Source of the DNA: Candidatus Xenobium occultum
Lineage (GTDB): Bacteria; Vulcanimicrobiota; Xenobia; Xenobiales; Xenobiaceae
Assembly: GCA_002423485.1 (NCBI GenBank)
Contig: DIWH01000017.1
Location: 61,131-125,130 of the forward strand
DNA: 64,000 nt
Direction of reading: 5' to 3'
Below the pieces are notes generated by a model. The model was given only the letters and a program-made list of their open reading frames with translations. It ran no database searches and had not been told where the DNA came from. Shown piece after piece: positions 32,653 to 42,198 of the stretch (position 1 is its first letter; the number at the start of each line of letters is the position of its first letter). Made by a program: the position numbers and the translations under genes.

Positions 32653-34860
32653 GCGGGGCTTTGGCCCAGGCTGCACGTCAAAACGCAACAGACGCTGGGA
32701 GAACTTGAACTCACCCACCCACAGGTGGGAGCCGTCGAAGGCCAAGGCTCCCGGCATCACCAGCCCGCTCCGGCTGGCCAGGGGTGAGGCCATCGGGTCT
32801 TCCTGGCCCAAGGTCAGGTCGGCGGGCTGGCCCGCCAGGGCTTGCCGGAGGTCGTTCCAGACCAGGATGTTGTGCCCGAAGGTGTTGGCCAGGAAGAGGC
32901 GTTGACCCGACAAGAGCACGTCCTGGGGATTCTGAAGAACCTTGCCTCGGTTTGTCTCCTCCTCTGTCAAGGCGCGGAGACCCGCAAACGGAACGTCGGC
33001 GCCCAGGTTGTCCAGGCTGAAGACCTGGACCCGGGGGAGGTTGCCCAGCTCATACCCGCTCTGGACAACCACCGCCAGGTGGTCTTCGGAGACCGAGAGC
33101 CGGCGCGGATGACTCACTTCCAGGGCGGCCAGCGGGGCCTCGAAGAATCCGGGTTCCGAGTTGGCGAAGACCCAGATCCTTCCGGCCTGTTCGTCGGCCA
33201 GATAGAGTCGGCCCTGCGCGTCCAATGCCACGCCTTTGGCATCCCGGAAGCGGACGGTCCCGATGCGCCCGCGGTATTCGCGGTCAGGAAGCTCGCCGTT
33301 CAGAGGCGGGCGGCGCCAGAGCCAGAGGCGGTCCCCGCCTGCCGCCACCAGCCTGCCGTCTCGCAGGTCCGTGTCCCATGGGCCCTCCGGGAAGCGGTAC
33401 ACCACGTCTGGCCTGGCCGCCGTCTGATCGGGCAGGGATCGGAAGACGAACATCTTCTGGTCGAAGTCCGAAGTGACGAAGAGATGCCGGCCGTCGCTGA
33501 CCGGGTTCGGGTTGACCAGGATGAAGTGCTCTTCCCGGGGCGAGGTGTCCGGGGCCTGCGAGCCGACGACGAAGTCGGCCTCTTCTCGGCGGACGGCCTC
33601 CAGATCCTGGAATCCGAGGATCCGGTTGCCGTTCATCAATGAGAGATACAAGGTCTCGCCCACGTACACCAGGCCGGAGGTATCGCCCGCCTGATACTTC
33701 AGGCCATCCAGGCCGCAAAAGAGGTCGGGGGCCTGTTCGGGGTGGGAGGGAAGGGCGCTCCATCCGTACAGCAGGCCCTCCTCGCTCAGGGCGAGGAACC
33801 TTCCTTCGGGTCCGAAGACCCCTCGGAGCATCGCGCTGCGACGGTTGGGGACCCCCTCAAACCAGGACGGCTTCTGCATGAAGAAGTCGTATTTCTGGGA
33901 GTCGGAGCGTGGGATGGTGGACCAGAAGAAGGTGGCGTGTTCGGGGGTGTGCCGGAACGAGTCGTAACTGGCCACGACCAGGCGGCGCCCGTCGCTGGCC
34001 AGGTATCTCGGCCCCCCGAGGTCTCCCGACCCGCTGAAGGTCACGTCCGGAACGCGGTCCTTCTGGGGAAATCCATGCCAGACAAGCAGGTCTCCAGAGC
34101 CGCGGTTGGCCACCGCGAGGACCTGCCCGTCGGTCCAGGCCGAGTAGGGCATCCGGACCAGGCCCTCGCCTTCCTGGGTCGCGCGGATCTCGAAATCAGC
34201 CGGAGTGCCGTTCCTGGTCGGGAAGCTGGACCAGACCAGCAGGCGGTCGTTCCAGCAGTCGGCCACCACCAGGCGGCTGCCATCCGTGGCCACGCCGGCG
34301 GGCCAGTTCATCCGGTCCAGGCTGGTTCCTGGAGCATTCCGGAAGAAATCCTTCTGGCCCAGCACCACGTCGGGGGGATGATTCCCATGGGGAGCGCGGT
34401 TCCAGATCAGGACGCGGTGGTTTCGGGTGTCGGCCAGCACCAGGTTGTGCCCGTCGCTGGTCAGGTTTCCCGGGAACAGGAAGTCCAATGGGCCTCCCGC
34501 GCGGTCGAAGCCCTGGCTCGACAGGACGATCGAAGCCTCCTGATTCGGAGTGAACCATCCTTCCTGCAGGTGGGGTGCCGGGGAATACCGCGAGCTCAAG
34601 ACCTGGACCCGGAGAGGGTCGATTTGGAGTTTCGCGCGCTCGGCCACGTGGTAGAGGATTTCGGTGGGGGTGGTGCTCAAGGCCTGGAGCAGGAGCACCA
34701 CGGCCGAGAAGAGCAACAGGAGGACTCGAAGAACTCGAGTGGACAACGGTTGGGGGGGTCCTTCCCGAAGAGCGATGGCTTGCAGCGCTTCTGTGCCCGG
34801 CTCTGGCCTCCTTTCCTCCCGGGGGCGCAGGGAAATCCGTGATCCGGCGGGACTCCCCAT
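32635..34860 (-). CDS. membrane-anchored NHL-repeat beta-propeller protein (two propeller-like halves)
   Basis: ORF 32635..34974. I prefer the Met at 34860 because 34974 would overlap the divergent gene, but the start is uncertain. TM VLRVLLLLFSAVVLLLQAL. Repeated motifs such as LVLADTRNHRVLIWN, LVVADCWNDRLLVWS, LYLADEQAGRIWVF, LFLANTFGHNILVWN. Confidence 0.7.
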   Translation of the reverse strand: MGSPAGSRISLRPREERRPEPGTEALQAIALREGPPQPLSTRVLRVLLLLFSAVVLLLQALSTTPTEILYHVAERAKLQIDPLRVQVLSSRYSPAPHLQEGWFTPNQEASIVLSSQGFDRAGGPLDFLFPGNLTSDGHNLVLADTRNHRVLIWNRAPHGNHPPDVVLGQKDFFRNAPGTSLDRMNWPAGVATDGSRLVVADCWNDRLLVWSSFPTRNGTPADFEIRATQEGEGLVRMPYSAWTDGQVLAVANRGSGDLLVWHGFPQKDRVPDVTFSGSGDLGGPRYLASDGRRLVVASYDSFRHTPEHATFFWSTIPRSDSQKYDFFMQKPSWFEGVPNRRSAMLRGVFGPEGRFLALSEEGLLYGWSALPSHPEQAPDLFCGLDGLKYQAGDTSGLVYVGETLYLSLMNGNRILGFQDLEAVRREEADFVVGSQAPDTSPREEHFILVNPNPVSDGRHLFVTSDFDQKMFVFRSLPDQTAARPDVVYRFPEGPWDTDLRDGRLVAAGGDRLWLWRRPPLNGELPDREYRGRIGTVRFRDAKGVALDAQGRLYLADEQAGRIWVFANSEPGFFEAPLAALEVSHPRRLSVSEDHLAVVVQSGYELGNLPRVQVFSLDNLGADVPFAGLRALTEEETNRGKVLQNPQDVLLSGQRLFLANTFGHNILVWNDLRQALAGQPADLTLGQEDPMASPLASRSGLVMPGALAFDGSHLWVGEFKFSQRLLRFDVQPGPKPRLPGRS

Positions 34861-34961
34861 CAGGAGGGGAGACTGGTATACTTGCGCGGATACAGCAGGA
34901 CCCCGGCAAGGTTCAGGGTGGCCTCCGTCCACGTCGAGGAGCTGGGGGCTTCTGGGAGGAC

Positions 34962-36764
34962 GTGGCTTTGCCAAGAAAACTCGTCTATCTTCTGGCCCTA
35001 CTGGCAGTCGGCTACTTCTGGATGCATCTGGGCTGGGAGAACCACGACGGTCTGAGCTTCCCCGACCAGCATTCCGCCAACTTCATGGTCAATGCCTTCA
35101 AGTGCAGCCGGGTCCTGGCGCAGGCGCAGGATGCGGTGTTGCAGGGCCTCACCGAAGGCTCGGTCGCAGGGATGCCGCGCTTCCCCAGGACACAGGATTA
35201 CCCCCCCCTGGTCTTCCTGTTGTCGGGCCTGGTCATGAACGTCTTCGGAACCGACATCCAGGTGGCGCGATTGACGCAGGTGCTGCTTGTCGCCGGCCTG
35301 ATCATGGTCATGGGGCGGATCGGCTGGCAGTTGGCCGGGTGGCGTGGAGCCATCCTGTTGTCCCTGGGGATTGCCACCAGCGTCTGGCCGGCTCAGTTCA
35401 CTCGGATTTACAGCATGGCTCCCGGGCAGATGTTCATCCTGGCGGTCTGCCTGACCTTGCTGCTGGACTCGCAGGGATTGACCCGGCGCAACGCCTGTGT
35501 GGCCATCGGTGTCGCCTTCGGCGTTGGGATGCTGGTCAAGTATTCGGTGCTGATCCTGGCACTGCCCGCCGTCCTGGTGATCGCCCTTCCCCGCCTCTTT
35601 CGGTCTTTCCCGTCCGTCCTGGCTCTCTTGATGGTCTTGTTCCAGATTGCGATGGTGGTCCTTTTCGCCTGGTGGGGCATGATCGAAGTTCGCGTTTCAG
35701 GTGGCCTGGGTTTGTGGGACCCCCTGGTCCTGGCCGCCGAGGCCCTCTTCCTCTTGGGCCTCCTGGTGGCCCTGGTTCTGGGCCGGCGGAGTGAGCCCAA
35801 CTCAGGGGTCGGCCTGTTGCTGGTGGCCTCGACCTGTGGTCTGGTCTGCTCTCCCTGGTATTTCGCAAACATGGTCTTCTGGGAGCCCCTGATCGAGCTT
35901 CAGGTCTATTCGGTTCCGATCGATCTCGAGGCGGGGACCAGAATGTTCGGAATCTTCCAGGCCCAGACCCGATCCCTGTGGGTGACCGGCAGCTTCTATT
36001 GGGGGGGGGTGGCCTGGCTGGCCGCGGGCACGGTCCTTCTGCTCACCTGGCGCGAGAAGATCCGTGTGGTTCTGCCGCTCGTCGCCGTCTGCGTGTCGGT
36101 GGTGCTGGCCCACTACCTGCTCCTCGTCGCAGATGTCCGCTACCTGTCGACGACGGCGCCATTGTTGGTGATCCTGGCCTTCCTGTGGGCTGCCCGTTGG
36201 CGATCCAGTTTCGTCTTGTGCGTCGCCTTCATGTTGGTGGCCGGAATCCTCCAGGTGGCCGGCTGGAAGCCGTCGGTCCAAGAGCTGGCGGGACGAGCTG
36301 GGATCGAGGTCTTCCCTCTGTCCCGAGAGTTCGTCGGCCCTTCGGACCGTCTCGAGCCCCCCGGTTTCCTCTTCGACCTGGCCCAGATCCCGGTCGCCGA
36401 ATCCCCCACTTTTGAGTCTGACGTCCTGGACGAGATCCCTCCCGGGGCTCGGACGGCCGTGATCTGGGTCGATGACCCCCCGGATGGAAGTGGATTCCTG
36501 GTCAATCTCCTGCTGGAGCGCAAGCGGGCCTTCATGGCGCGTCACGGCTTGCGCCGGCGTCCGCCCGAGGTCGAGTTCCTGCTGCTGTGCGCCTGGAAGG
36601 AGATCCCCAAAGGCCTGGCTTCAAGCCTGGGGCTGAAGGAACGACCCCGGAAGCTGCAGATGCAGATCTACCACCAGGTCCTGCACGTCGAGATCTTCCC
36701 CTGCTTCCCAGGCTTCGATTCTGCAGCCCTGCAGGCACTGGTCCGAGCTCAGACGAAGGGCTGA
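34962..36764 (+). CDS. GT39/ArnT-like membrane glycosyltransferase, paralog 3
   Basis: GTG in frame with ORF 34575..36764 (start uncertain). DYPPLVFLLSG, MLVKYSVLILALP, at least 10 TM helices, C-terminal soluble domain. Confidence 0.65.
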   Translation: MALPRKLVYLLALLAVGYFWMHLGWENHDGLSFPDQHSANFMVNAFKCSRVLAQAQDAVLQGLTEGSVAGMPRFPRTQDYPPLVFLLSGLVMNVFGTDIQVARLTQVLLVAGLIMVMGRIGWQLAGWRGAILLSLGIATSVWPAQFTRIYSMAPGQMFILAVCLTLLLDSQGLTRRNACVAIGVAFGVGMLVKYSVLILALPAVLVIALPRLFRSFPSVLALLMVLFQIAMVVLFAWWGMIEVRVSGGLGLWDPLVLAAEALFLLGLLVALVLGRRSEPNSGVGLLLVASTCGLVCSPWYFANMVFWEPLIELQVYSVPIDLEAGTRMFGIFQAQTRSLWVTGSFYWGGVAWLAAGTVLLLTWREKIRVVLPLVAVCVSVVLAHYLLLVADVRYLSTTAPLLVILAFLWAARWRSSFVLCVAFMLVAGILQVAGWKPSVQELAGRAGIEVFPLSREFVGPSDRLEPPGFLFDLAQIPVAESPTFESDVLDEIPPGARTAVIWVDDPPDGSGFLVNLLLERKRAFMARHGLRRRPPEVEFLLLCAWKEIPKGLASSLGLKERPRKLQMQIYHQVLHVEIFPCFPGFDSAALQALVRAQTKG

Positions 36765-37249
36765 GACGAGGAGGGGGCCTCGGCGGGTCGGGCTTCCCAC
36801 GCAGGATCCGGCAGGTCGATGGCGCCCGGGAAATCCTCCAGGCTCAAGAAGACGCCGGCGAAGAGGTGCGCCGCCAACTCGGCCAGGGGCTCGGGGCAAG
36901 CGGGCTCCAGGACGTGGAAGAGCTCGTGCGCCAGGATCCGCTCTCTGGCCTGGCCGGCCAGTCCCCGGCCAGCCAGCCGGGCGGCCAGGTCGGCCACCCC
37001 CTCAGGATCCAGCAGGACCAGGCCATGGCGGGGCAGGACCCTGGCTCGGACCAGGGCTCCCGGGATGCCCAGGGTCTGCACCCGGATTCGGAATCCGCGC
37101 TTCAAGAGCTCTTCTTCCGGTGACGATTCCACGTTTTTCAAGGCGCGACCAGCCAGGACCCAGGCCCGTGTCAGGTCCTCCGGGTGCCTTCTCCGACCGG
37201 CCTGCATCCAGGCAATCAGGCCTTCGAACCTGGGGATTCGGTCTTGCAT
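36749..37249 (-). CDS. small HExxH-motif protein (putative metallopeptidase-like)
   Basis: Track ORF. ILAHELFHVLEP. Its start codon abuts the stop of the histidine kinase gene (cat|tca at 37247-37252). Confidence 0.55.
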   Translation of the reverse strand: MQDRIPRFEGLIAWMQAGRRRHPEDLTRAWVLAGRALKNVESSPEEELLKRGFRIRVQTLGIPGALVRARVLPRHGLVLLDPEGVADLAARLAGRGLAGQARERILAHELFHVLEPACPEPLAELAAHLFAGVFLSLEDFPGAIDLPDPAWEARPAEAPSSSQPFV

Positions 37250-38626
37250 TCAGTTCAGGGGAGAGTTCGGGTGGGGAAGGGGAAGGGTGACGATGAAGCA
37301 TGCACCCTCCCCCGGGTGACTCTGGACCGCAATGCTCCCACCGTGGGCTTCGACGATTCTGCGAGAGATGGCCAGACCCAGCCCGGTGCTCCTCTCGCCC
37401 CCTGTGGGTCGGGTGCTGCCCCGCGCGAAGGCCTTGAAGATCCGCCCCAGCTCTTCGCTGCGGATGCCTTGCCCTTGATCCTGGACGAAGATTTGGACCG
37501 CGTGCGGTTCGGCGCGCGCCCCCAGGGTGATGGTGGTGCCCGAATGCGAGAACTTGACCGCGTTGGTCAGAAGGTTGTGCAGGACCTGATCGAATCGGCG
37601 CCGGTCCAGCCGGACCCGAGGCAGGGGCCCGCGGACCTCGGTCAGCAGGGTGATGGACTTCTCGGCAGCCAGCAGGGCGCTGGTCTCGAGGACCTCGGTC
37701 AGGTAGGGTTCGAGGTCGACCTCATCGAGGTCCAGGCTCAGCCGGCCAGCCTCGATGGCGCTGACGTCCAGGAGGTCGTTGACCAGGTCCAGCATCCTCT
37801 GGCTGGACCTTTCGACTCTTTCCAGCAGCATGCGTTGGGCCTGGTTCACCGGGCCGACGGTTCCGGCCAGGACCAGTCGCAGGTAGCCTTGAGTCACGCC
37901 GATGGGGCTGCGCAGGTCGTGTGCCGCCACTCCCAACAGGCGGTTCTTTTCTTCGTTCAAGGTCAGGAGGCGTTCGTACAGGCGGCTCTTCTCGACGATG
38001 ACGGACAGTTGGCCCGCAATCTCGCGGAAGACGTCCACGTGGGCCGCTTGATAGGCGTCGGTGTAGCGGCAAGTGAAGAACATGAACCCGATGGGGCGGC
38101 CCATCGCGATCAAGGGACAGGTCAGCGACGAGAGCATGCCCTCCTCCAGCAGCAGGCGGGTGGAGGTCGAGTCGGGGTGCTCCTGGAGGTATTCCTCGAG
38201 GTCGTTGAGGATCCGCGGCTCACCAGAGGCCAGGACCCTGGCCAGGCTGGTCTCGGCCAGCGGAAGGCTGAAGTCGCCGCCCAGTCGCAATTCCGAGAAG
38301 TCCGAGCGGGCCCAGCGGGCCCTCACGATCTTGTCGTCCTGCTCGAGCAGGGCCAGGCCGATGCGGTGGTAGGGGATGATCGGTCGGAAGGATTCGTAGA
38401 CGGATTCCAGGATCTCGTCCAGGACCAGGCCGGCGTTGATCTTCTCGGTGACCTGGGTCAGGATCCGCAGCTCGCGGTGACGCTGCTCGAGAAGGGTGCC
38501 CAGGGTCCGCACGGCATAACCCAGGCGACCGATCTCGTCCTCGCCGACGGGAACCTCCACGAAGAAGGCGCCCTGGCCCATGGCCTCGGCAGCCTGGAGG
38601 ATCTTCTGGATGCGCTTGTCGGGCAT
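37250..38626 (-). CDS. cytoplasmic GAF-domain sensor histidine kinase
   Basis: Track ORF. HAMP-like EDEIGRLGYAVRTL, GAF region, H box VAAHDLRSPIG, N box LHNLLTNAVKFS, G boxes VQDQGQGI and GLGLAISRRIV. No TM segment and no adjacent response regulator. Confidence 0.9.
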   Translation of the reverse strand: MPDKRIQKILQAAEAMGQGAFFVEVPVGEDEIGRLGYAVRTLGTLLEQRHRELRILTQVTEKINAGLVLDEILESVYESFRPIIPYHRIGLALLEQDDKIVRARWARSDFSELRLGGDFSLPLAETSLARVLASGEPRILNDLEEYLQEHPDSTSTRLLLEEGMLSSLTCPLIAMGRPIGFMFFTCRYTDAYQAAHVDVFREIAGQLSVIVEKSRLYERLLTLNEEKNRLLGVAAHDLRSPIGVTQGYLRLVLAGTVGPVNQAQRMLLERVERSSQRMLDLVNDLLDVSAIEAGRLSLDLDEVDLEPYLTEVLETSALLAAEKSITLLTEVRGPLPRVRLDRRRFDQVLHNLLTNAVKFSHSGTTITLGARAEPHAVQIFVQDQGQGIRSEELGRIFKAFARGSTRPTGGERSTGLGLAISRRIVEAHGGSIAVQSHPGEGACFIVTLPLPHPNSPLN

Positions 38627-38818
38627 GTTCTTCGCCTTTCAGCACCGGACGGGGCGAGTGCCTCTCGGGCCGGTCATTCGCAGGCTCCTGAAGGGCTCCT
38701 GCGGCTCGGGGCAACCTGGAGGCCTGGTCCTGGAGGCCAGCCGGCACGACGCGAGGAAGGTGTCCAGCGGCGAAACCCTGGGCTCCCGGAAGGGTTCCAT
38801 CTGGCGTAGAGGCAGCGA

Positions 38819-39436
38819 ATGGACGAAGACCTTGAACTGATCGAGCGATTCAAGACCGGCGACCAGACGGCATTCGATGAGTTGATGCAGCGGCATTATC
38901 GCTCGGTGCTCAACCTGGTCTACCGATTCACCGGTGCGACGGGTCAGCCCGCAGAGGACCTGGCCCAGGATGTCTTCCTCCGCATCTATCGGGCATTGCC
39001 CCGATTTGAAGCCCGGGCGCGGTTCTTCACCTACCTGTACAAGGTGACGATGAATCTCTGCCTGAAGGAGCGCGCTCGTTGGGCCCGGCACAGGAGTCGG
39101 ACGGTCAGCCTGGACGGTCATTGGGACGACCCCGAGGGGCCTGGACCCCGGACCATTCCAGACCCGGCCGGTTCCGCCCAGGATCGCTTCGAGCGCCGAG
39201 AGGTGGCCGGGGAGGTCCGCGAAGCGGTGATGGAACTGCCCGAAGAGCAGAGGGCGGCGGTGATCCTGCACCGGTTCCACCACCTGTCCTACGAGGAGAT
39301 CACCGAGGTCCTGGGAATCTCGTTGCCAGCCGTGAAGTCCCGGCTGCATCGGGCCAAACTGTCTCTTCAGAAACGCCTGGGAGAGGGCACCGGGGAATCT
39401 TTGGGAGAGACCCGACAGCCGGAGGCTGCGGGCTGA
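38819..39436 (+). CDS. ECF-type RNA polymerase sigma-70 factor (module 1)
   Basis: Track ORF. Region 2 AEDLAQDVFLRIYRAL..F.TYLYKV. Region 4 LSYEEITEVLGISLPAVKSRLHRAK. Confidence 0.9.
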   Translation: MDEDLELIERFKTGDQTAFDELMQRHYRSVLNLVYRFTGATGQPAEDLAQDVFLRIYRALPRFEARARFFTYLYKVTMNLCLKERARWARHRSRTVSLDGHWDDPEGPGPRTIPDPAGSAQDRFERREVAGEVREAVMELPEEQRAAVILHRFHHLSYEEITEVLGISLPAVKSRLHRAKLSLQKRLGEGTGESLGETRQPEAAG

Positions 39437-39972
39437 TGAGTGGGAGGTTGATTCGAATGGCAACCGCGTGCGCGCAGGTCGAGGAGTTGTTGCCCGCCTA
39501 TGAGGAGGGCGACCTGACCGTCGAGGAGGCCCGCCGGCTGGAGCGTCACCTGCAGACCTGCCCGGCCTGTCGGCAGGGACTGGCGGACCTGCGTTCGAGT
39601 TGGGATCTCCTGGGCGCTTGGGAGGATCTGGAGCCTGCACGGGCCTGGAAACAGGATTTCTGGAGGAACCTGGGGCGCGACGAGGAGCGCCGTCGCCAGG
39701 GTCCCTGGCGCTTCCTGCAGGACCGGCGCTGGGCCCCGGTGGCCACGGCAGCCGTCCTGGCCTTGGGCTTCTTTGCGGGGACCTTCTGGCAGGAGGTTCC
39801 CGTCCAACCGACCGGGATGGCCGCCTCCGTGGTGATTTCCCGGGACGTGGCCGAGATCGCCATGGCGTCGGCGTCGTCGCCCGAGACCGATTTCTTCCCG
39901 CTGGGCGAGGTGGAAGGCCCCTTCTCGGCCGAGATTCTCGACCAGGCCTTGTCCTCGGTGCAGGCTCCTTGA
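39436..39972 (+). CDS. zf-HC2 anti-sigma factor (single TM)
   Basis: ATG overlapping the sigma stop (TGATG), in frame with ORF 39079..39972. LPAYEEGDLTVEEARRLERHLQTCPACR. TM VATAAVLALGFFAGTF. Confidence 0.8.
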   Translation: MSGRLIRMATACAQVEELLPAYEEGDLTVEEARRLERHLQTCPACRQGLADLRSSWDLLGAWEDLEPARAWKQDFWRNLGRDEERRRQGPWRFLQDRRWAPVATAAVLALGFFAGTFWQEVPVQPTGMAASVVISRDVAEIAMASASSPETDFFPLGEVEGPFSAEILDQALSSVQAP

Positions 39973-39983
39973 GGAGGTTGGAG

Positions 39984-40376
39984 ATGGCCATGTCCAGGTT
40001 GCTTTTCGGAATCTTGAGTCTACTCGTGGCGGTGCTCCTGCTGGGAGCCCCGCTGGCCGCCGAGGAGGTGGAGTTGCCAGCCGACGGGGTGGCCCAGCGC
40101 GAGCACGAGGATCCCCAGGCGGTCAAGAACCGATTCTCTCCCCAACTCAAGAGCGTCCAGATCGACATCCAGACCGTGAAGGTGGAACTGGCCCGGATGC
40201 TGGCGTCGCCCCGGCCCGACCGCGGTCAGGTCAAGGGTCTGATCGGTCGCATGCTGGACCTGCAGAAACGCAAGCAGATGCTGCTGGTTGACCAGATGTT
40301 TGATACCCTGGAGTGCATGCCGCAGGGCAGCCGGGACGAGTTCCTGCAGCCCATCATCGACCAGTTGTTGCGCTGA
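39984..40376 (+). CDS. periplasmic Spy/CpxP/ZraP-like helical protein
   Basis: Inner ATG of ORF 39600..40376. Signal peptide MAMSRLLFGILSLLVAVLLLGAPLAA. Helical ...IQTVKVELARMLAS..GLIGRMLDLQKRKQMLLVDQMFD. The assignment relies on the typical position after ECF/anti-sigma pairs. Confidence 0.5.
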   Translation: MAMSRLLFGILSLLVAVLLLGAPLAAEEVELPADGVAQREHEDPQAVKNRFSPQLKSVQIDIQTVKVELARMLASPRPDRGQVKGLIGRMLDLQKRKQMLLVDQMFDTLECMPQGSRDEFLQPIIDQLLR

Positions 40377-40416
40377 GCCTGAAGGGAGCCGGGCGGCGCC
40401 GAACGAACGCGCCCGG

Positions 40417-41358
40417 GTGAGAAACCTGTCCTGCTCCCTCCTGGTGGCTCTTGTCCTGTTGATGGGCTGCCGCGCCCAGACCACCCCTCCTTCTGCGCCA
40501 CGGGTCGTCCTGAGCGATTTGACCGGGCACGCGCTGATTCGGCTGGACCCCACCACGGGTCGACTCGACGGGCCCGTGCGGCCCATGCCGGGGTCTCCTG
40601 CGGGCCTCGCTTCGGGTCGGGGCCTGGTTGCTGTGGCTCTGCTGGGACGCCCCTATCTGCAGGTCCTCTCCTTCCCCAGCCTGGAGGAGTTGCGCCGCAT
40701 CCACGTCGGGAAGGGATGTTCAGATGTCGCCCTGGACCCGTCGGGACGGAGGCTGGCAGCAGCCTGCCCGGAAGTGGGGGAGGTCCTCCTGGTCTCGGTT
40801 GAGGGAGGAGATGTCCGTCGGGTTCCCGTTGGCGGTCAGCCCCACGCCCTGGTGTGGGAAGAGGATCGCATCTACCTGACCAATCCCGGACGCGGGTCGC
40901 TGCAATGGGTCGACCCCGTCCGCGGCATCCTGGAGGGTGAGACACCTTTGGGATTGGGACCTCGAGGGCTGGCGGTCTCGGGCGGGCAGGTTCTGGTGGC
41001 ATTGTACGATGCCAACCAGGTGGCGGTCCTCCAGGCCGACCGGCTCGAGGAAGTCCGGCACCTGTCGCTGGCCGGAGGGCCCTATGCCCTGGTGCCGACG
41101 GGAGGAGGGGCCTTGGTCTCCCTGATGGAGTCCGGCGAGGTGGCGGCCCTGGACCTGGACAGCGGGCAGGCCACCCGGATCCCCGTCGGGGCGGGTGCCG
41201 CGGGGATGACCCTCTCGCCCGACGGGCAGTTCCTGTTCGTCTGCTGTGAGGCGGCAGGTCAGGTCGCCGTGCTGGCCCTGCACGACAACCAGGTCCTCCA
41301 GCATGTGGCCCTCCCGCCGGGGGCGCGACCTCGAGAGGCGGTCTTTGCTCTTCCTTGA
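40417..41358 (+). CDS. lipoprotein, YVTN/YncE-like beta-propeller
   Basis: GTG in frame with ORF 40288..41358. Lipobox LLMGC. Repeated blades ..GLASGRGLVAVAL.., DVALDPSGRRLAAAC, PRGLAVSGGQVLVAL, AAGMTLSPDGQFLFVCC. Confidence 0.65.
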   Translation: MRNLSCSLLVALVLLMGCRAQTTPPSAPRVVLSDLTGHALIRLDPTTGRLDGPVRPMPGSPAGLASGRGLVAVALLGRPYLQVLSFPSLEELRRIHVGKGCSDVALDPSGRRLAAACPEVGEVLLVSVEGGDVRRVPVGGQPHALVWEEDRIYLTNPGRGSLQWVDPVRGILEGETPLGLGPRGLAVSGGQVLVALYDANQVAVLQADRLEEVRHLSLAGGPYALVPTGGGALVSLMESGEVAALDLDSGQATRIPVGAGAAGMTLSPDGQFLFVCCEAAGQVAVLALHDNQVLQHVALPPGARPREAVFALP

Positions 41359-41360
41359 CC

Positions 41361-41410
41361 TCCGGAAATGAAAGCGCGGCGGGTCGACCCGCCGCGCTTT
41401 CATTTCCGGA
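41361..41410. terminator. perfect 50-nt palindrome between convergent genes (bidirectional terminator candidate)
   Basis: tccggaaatgaaagcgcggcgggtc|gacccgccgcgctttcatttccgga. The 25-nt arms have no mismatches. Confidence 0.65.
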
Positions 41411-41433
41411 GGGGCAATCCCCCGGTTCAAGGC

Positions 41434-42198
41434 TCAGGCGCCGATGATGAAGTGCTCGTCGCCGCCGCCGACGGTCGGGACGCTGCCGGCGGGTGCAGGG
41501 GTGTCGACCAGGTCGACGGCCACCTTGATGTGGGTGCGAACCTCGGCCCCAGGAGCCGTGATCTGGGTTCTGGTCTCGACGTTGGACTTGACCAGCCGAC
41601 CTTCGCGATGAGCAAAGCAGGTCTTGCCGGTGGCCACGATGCTCTGGACCACTTCGGGCTGGATCTCGATGCTGGTCTTGGGGCACTCCACCTGGATGAT
41701 CGCCACATCATAGCCGGCAACCCGGTCGAAGCCCGCCAGGGTGTAGTGGTAGGTCAGGGTGACGGACTTCGAACCGGTGGGGTTGCCCTCTCTATCCATG
41801 ATGGGAATGTCCATCTTGCTGTCCCCGGTCCACTTCTCGCCCACCTTCAGGGTCCGATCCGGGAACGCCGGTTGCGAGAACGGGAAGTCCACCGTCGTCT
41901 TGACGATGTCTCCGTTCCGCTTCATGGTGATTCCGATGGTCTGCCCGACTGCAGGCAGTTCCAGGGTCTCTCCTTCGCGGAGGATCCGACCCTCCTGGAT
42001 GGTCACGTCCACCGTTGAAAGTCCGCCGTTGACTTCCTTGACCTTCTGCTCCATCGTCATTTCCAGGACGGAGCGATTGGTCTGCTCGGACTGGCCCTCT
42101 TCCTTCAGGCTCTGCTCGGAATCGACCTGGGTTTGGTACTTGAGCACTTCGCCCGGACTCATCTTGTATTCGAGGGTGATCGGTTGGCCCTGAAGCAT
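41434..42198 (-). CDS. soluble beta-rich protein of unknown function
   Basis: Inner ATG of ORF 41434..42483, preceded by CAGGAGGAC. No signal peptide. K/E/T-rich composition distinct from shadow ORFs. Confidence 0.65.
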   Translation of the reverse strand: MLQGQPITLEYKMSPGEVLKYQTQVDSEQSLKEEGQSEQTNRSVLEMTMEQKVKEVNGGLSTVDVTIQEGRILREGETLELPAVGQTIGITMKRNGDIVKTTVDFPFSQPAFPDRTLKVGEKWTGDSKMDIPIMDREGNPTGSKSVTLTYHYTLAGFDRVAGYDVAIIQVECPKTSIEIQPEVVQSIVATGKTCFAHREGRLVKSNVETRTQITAPGAEVRTHIKVAVDLVDTPAPAGSVPTVGGGDEHFIIGA

